DNA from: Leptospiraceae bacterium
GTDB taxonomy: Bacteria > Spirochaetota > Leptospiria > Leptospirales > Leptonemataceae
Direction of reading: 5' to 3'
Assembly (NCBI GenBank): GCA_040217195.1
Contig: JAVJNR010000008.1
Span: forward strand, 544,001-608,000
Length of the DNA stretch: 64,000 nucleotides
Shown: in pieces, positions 61,381 to 64,000 of the stretch
Layout of the letters: the number at the start of each line of letters is the position of its first letter
Numbering within the stretch: the stretch's first letter is position 1
The notes under the pieces: generated by a model
Databases searched by the model: none
What the model saw: only the letters and a program-made list of their open reading frames with translations
Told to the model about the DNA's origin: nothing
Translations under genes and position numbers: made by a program

Positions 61381-61898
61381 GTTCGCATAAAACTCGACGG
61401 ACGACCATTAGGCGAACTCCGCTCAACCCAAGCGCATCGGTTCGCATAAAACGCGCCAGACGATCATAAGGCGAACTCCAACCAGCCAAAGACCGCCGGT
61501 TCGCATAAAACTCGACGGATGATCATAAGGCGAACTCCGCCCGAACGAAGCGCGCCGGTTCGCATAAAACGCGCCGAAGGATCATAAGGCGAACTCCGAG
61601 CAGCCAAAGACCGCCAGTTCGCATAAAACGCGACGGACGCTCATAAGACGAACTCCGAGCAACGCAAGCCCAACGAAGCCAGTTCGCATAAAACGCGACG
61701 GATGATCATAAGGCGAACTCCCCCCGAACGAAGCGCGCCAGTTCGCATAAAACGCGCCGAAGGATCATAAGACGAACTCCGAGCAGCCAAAGACCGCCAG
61801 TTCGCATGAAACGCGACAGACGATCATAATACGAACTCCGCCCAGCCAAAGACCGCCGGTTCGCATAAAACTCGACGGATGATCATAAGGCGAACTCC
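61381..61898. repeat. Non-coding tandem array of nine ~59-bp units
   Basis: 40-bp core GTTCGCATAAAAC(G/T)CG(A/C)CNNANGATCATAAG(G/A)CGAACTCC starting at 61381, 61440, 61499, 61558, 61617, 61682, 61741, 61800 and 61859; linkers are 19 bp, one is 25 bp. Confidence 0.95.
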
Positions 61899-61981
61899 GA
61901 CTCAGAAAATCTATCCCGAAAGAACACACTATAGCAGGTCCTGCCCCCCGGTTCAGGACCAGGCCCCGCATCTATTAAGAA

Positions 61982-63370
61982 TCAGGATTTCACTATATCG
62001 CGGCTTTTGTCAGTTGTCCTGCGAAGGTAGAACGACGCTGCAAAAATGGAAACAGTGAGTATCACGGACATACCCCAGAAAATAAACCCGTAGGCCGGCT
62101 CCGGGGGAAATTTGGATCGCATACTCAGTCCGGTAGCTGTAGCAGCAATACTGAAGGCACCGCTGAAGAATTGCATCAATTGGAATAGCCCCATACCTGA
62201 ACCCAGCTGCTCGGAATTAAGAACTCGTGAAATTTCATTGGATACACTGCTGGTAAGAAAGGTAAACGCGATGCTCATCAGAATGAAGATAAGCAGAATA
62301 TAGAAGAATGAAGTTCCGGCAAGAAAGGTAAATAGCACAGTAGCCACCAGAAGTACAACAGGCGCGAATTCCAGTATATGCCGATTTCCTATTCCATCGA
62401 TCATTCTTCCAACTACAGGCGATACGATCATAGAAGCGAAGGAACCCGGAAAGATAACAAGCCCAGCCTCCATGGCCGTCAGATGGTAATGATCAACCAG
62501 GATTTGCGGCATCAAGTAAAGCATTGCGAAAGTACAGATATGACCGCCAAGCCCCGTGGAAACTAGAGTTAAGTAGGTCGAACTCTTCAGAAGGGAAGGC
62601 ATCACGAAAGGACTTCTGGTATTTTGAATTCGCCACCAGAAGATTGGAAAGGCACCGATAGAGACACAAAGAGCAATTATCGACGACTCTGTCATTGCCA
62701 GAAGCAAGGATGTAATTCCGATAGATGCCAGAGCGGCTCCGAAAAAATCGAAGCTACCCACTCCGGCTTTTTCCGCCGGAATTTCTGATTTAAAAAATGG
62801 GATCAGTAAACCTGTGGATGCGGTGAGCAAAAATAGATAGTTCCAGCCCAGATATTCTACGATAGCTCCTCCGACAATGGGTCCCAGTCCCAGACCCACA
62901 GCAAAGGAAGCCATTACGATGGCCATCGCTCGTCCTCGTCGCTCCAGAGGAATGTATCTAGAAAGCAAAACCAGCGCCAGGCCTGGGATGGAGCCGCCCC
63001 CAACGGCCTGAAAGATTCGCGCCAATAGAAGGAATAAAAAACTATTACTGAAGAAGCCTGCGAATGCCGCAATACTGAGAAAAAGAAGTCCAACAATGAA
63101 AAGACGACGAATCGGAATAAAATCGGACAGTCGGCTGTATGTAATTGCTGCGATGGCAAATGTTATGGAATAGGCGGTGACAATCCATGAAGTGGCTGCC
63201 GGATCGAGTCCAAACTGATCTGCCACGGAGGGCAAAGCCAGATTGAACATCATCGTATTCATTACGACTAGTACAATGGCAAGGCCCAGAAGTAATATGG
63301 TGGGGCCTTCGCGGTGGATCGACAATATAGCGGATTTTGAATCGGAGGGATGGGATACTCGGACGCTCAC
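61982..63370 (-). CDS. MFS efflux transporter, 14-TM DHA2 / Tet(K)/Tet(L)-like family
   Basis: VMNTMMFNLALP, SWIVTAY, YSRLSDFIPIRR (motif A), ARIFQAVG and GLGPIVGG (motif C). Confidence 0.88.
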   Translation of the reverse strand: MSVRVSHPSDSKSAILSIHREGPTILLLGLAIVLVVMNTMMFNLALPSVADQFGLDPAATSWIVTAYSITFAIAAITYSRLSDFIPIRRLFIVGLLFLSIAAFAGFFSNSFLFLLLARIFQAVGGGSIPGLALVLLSRYIPLERRGRAMAIVMASFAVGLGLGPIVGGAIVEYLGWNYLFLLTASTGLLIPFFKSEIPAEKAGVGSFDFFGAALASIGITSLLLAMTESSIIALCVSIGAFPIFWWRIQNTRSPFVMPSLLKSSTYLTLVSTGLGGHICTFAMLYLMPQILVDHYHLTAMEAGLVIFPGSFASMIVSPVVGRMIDGIGNRHILEFAPVVLLVATVLFTFLAGTSFFYILLIFILMSIAFTFLTSSVSNEISRVLNSEQLGSGMGLFQLMQFFSGAFSIAATATGLSMRSKFPPEPAYGFIFWGMSVILTVSIFAASFYLRRTTDKSRDIVKS

Positions 63371-64000
63371 AGGTCAGATTCTGTGCATCCATTAAACGAG
63401 TCGAACGGTTACTGATGTGATTACTTTGCCCCAGGGGCATAGCTCAATTGCCCCCATAAATATTAGCACTTACAGATCATGGCCATACGCCTGTCCCTAG
63501 CAAACTCTCCAGATACACAAATGGGCAACTTCAAGGTAAGACTGAATGCCGGGCCTCCGGCGACTCCCATCCGATGGCCAATTCTCGCTTCAGTCTATTG
63601 AGAGATTTACCGCAGAAACCATAAGGGTGATCATCAGAATACGAGTAATCTCTGTTCTTTTATCAATGTGCATTGTCCACAACTGCAATTCATAGAAGGC
63701 ATCAAGAGCGGGTCAAAGCCATGAAAAATCTACAGGTCGTATACCTTCTCAACAATCTTTCTGCAAGGGATATTGGAATATTGTCTTCAGTGGAGTCCGT
63801 AATTATCAATCAAACATTTGGAAGCTGGAAGAGTATACAATTCACTCCATGTCTAATGAGTCGCTCTCAGATTCTGGTCCGCGATATGCTGGCGACGATA
63901 AGAGCAACCATTCGGTTCTTGTCGATCATCGATCAAGATTGAAGAAGCACCATCCATGCAGGATATAAAATGAGACTCACTCCTATAAGGCACCTCGAGA

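Noticed and set aside
61381..61898. CRISPR array
   Set aside because: Linkers are only 19 bp and recur as two related types instead of being unique, the cores vary internally, and there are no cas genes in the window.
61381..61898. Integron attC ('59-base element') array
   Set aside because: The period matches only by coincidence: the ends do not fit RYYYAAC/GTTRRRY, there are no cassette ORFs between units, and no integrase is present.
58797..63370. tetR-tetA tetracycline resistance unit
   Set aside because: The TetR gene is paired with the reductase through its own operators, the MFS gene is 2.4 kb away, and family resemblance does not establish tetracycline efflux.
63371..64000. 89-aa ORF at 63673-63942 and a possible gene end at the right edge
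   Set aside because: No motif or convincing start; cannot be supported from this window alone.

Overview
Chromosomal bacterial DNA of about 50% GC by eye. The gene content (Leptospira-style lipoproteins, membrane-anchored AraC regulator, HK-REC-SpoIIE fusion, RecJ with an internal insertion) suggests a Leptospiraceae-like spirochete; this is inference, not a database result. From left to right: the 5' part of clpB (minus strand, cut by the window edge); an 11-kb respiratory operon with alternative complex III (actABCDEF), a monoheme lipoprotein cytochrome and ccoN/ccoO/ccoP-like genes; recJ; a yidD-like gene; mtnB; a chemosensory cluster (cheD-cheB, cheY-STAS-cheA-MCP-cheW, no cheR); mscS; acnA; then an accessory-rich second half with a sterol desaturase/AraC pair, DUF2339, an M48 protease, an MCP-SBP fusion, hypothetical proteins, a hybrid kinase-phosphatase, a penicillin-acylase-family hydrolase, a TetR/MDR pair with two operators, a beta-propeller lipoprotein, a non-coding 59-bp repeat array and an MFS exporter. 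The strongest novelty candidate is the CcoN-like subunit in the ACIII operon: it is an intact ORF, yet all six heme/CuB histidine ligands are replaced, and two neighbouring cytochromes appear to carry His where the distal Met ligand normally sits. This suggests a cbb3-derived module repurposed for something other than O2 reduction. Other notable items are the chemoreceptor with a C-terminal, apparently cytoplasmic peptide-binding domain and the hierarchical 59-bp repeat array. All alignments were done by eye against remembered family motifs. No rRNA, tRNA, transposase or cas genes were seen.
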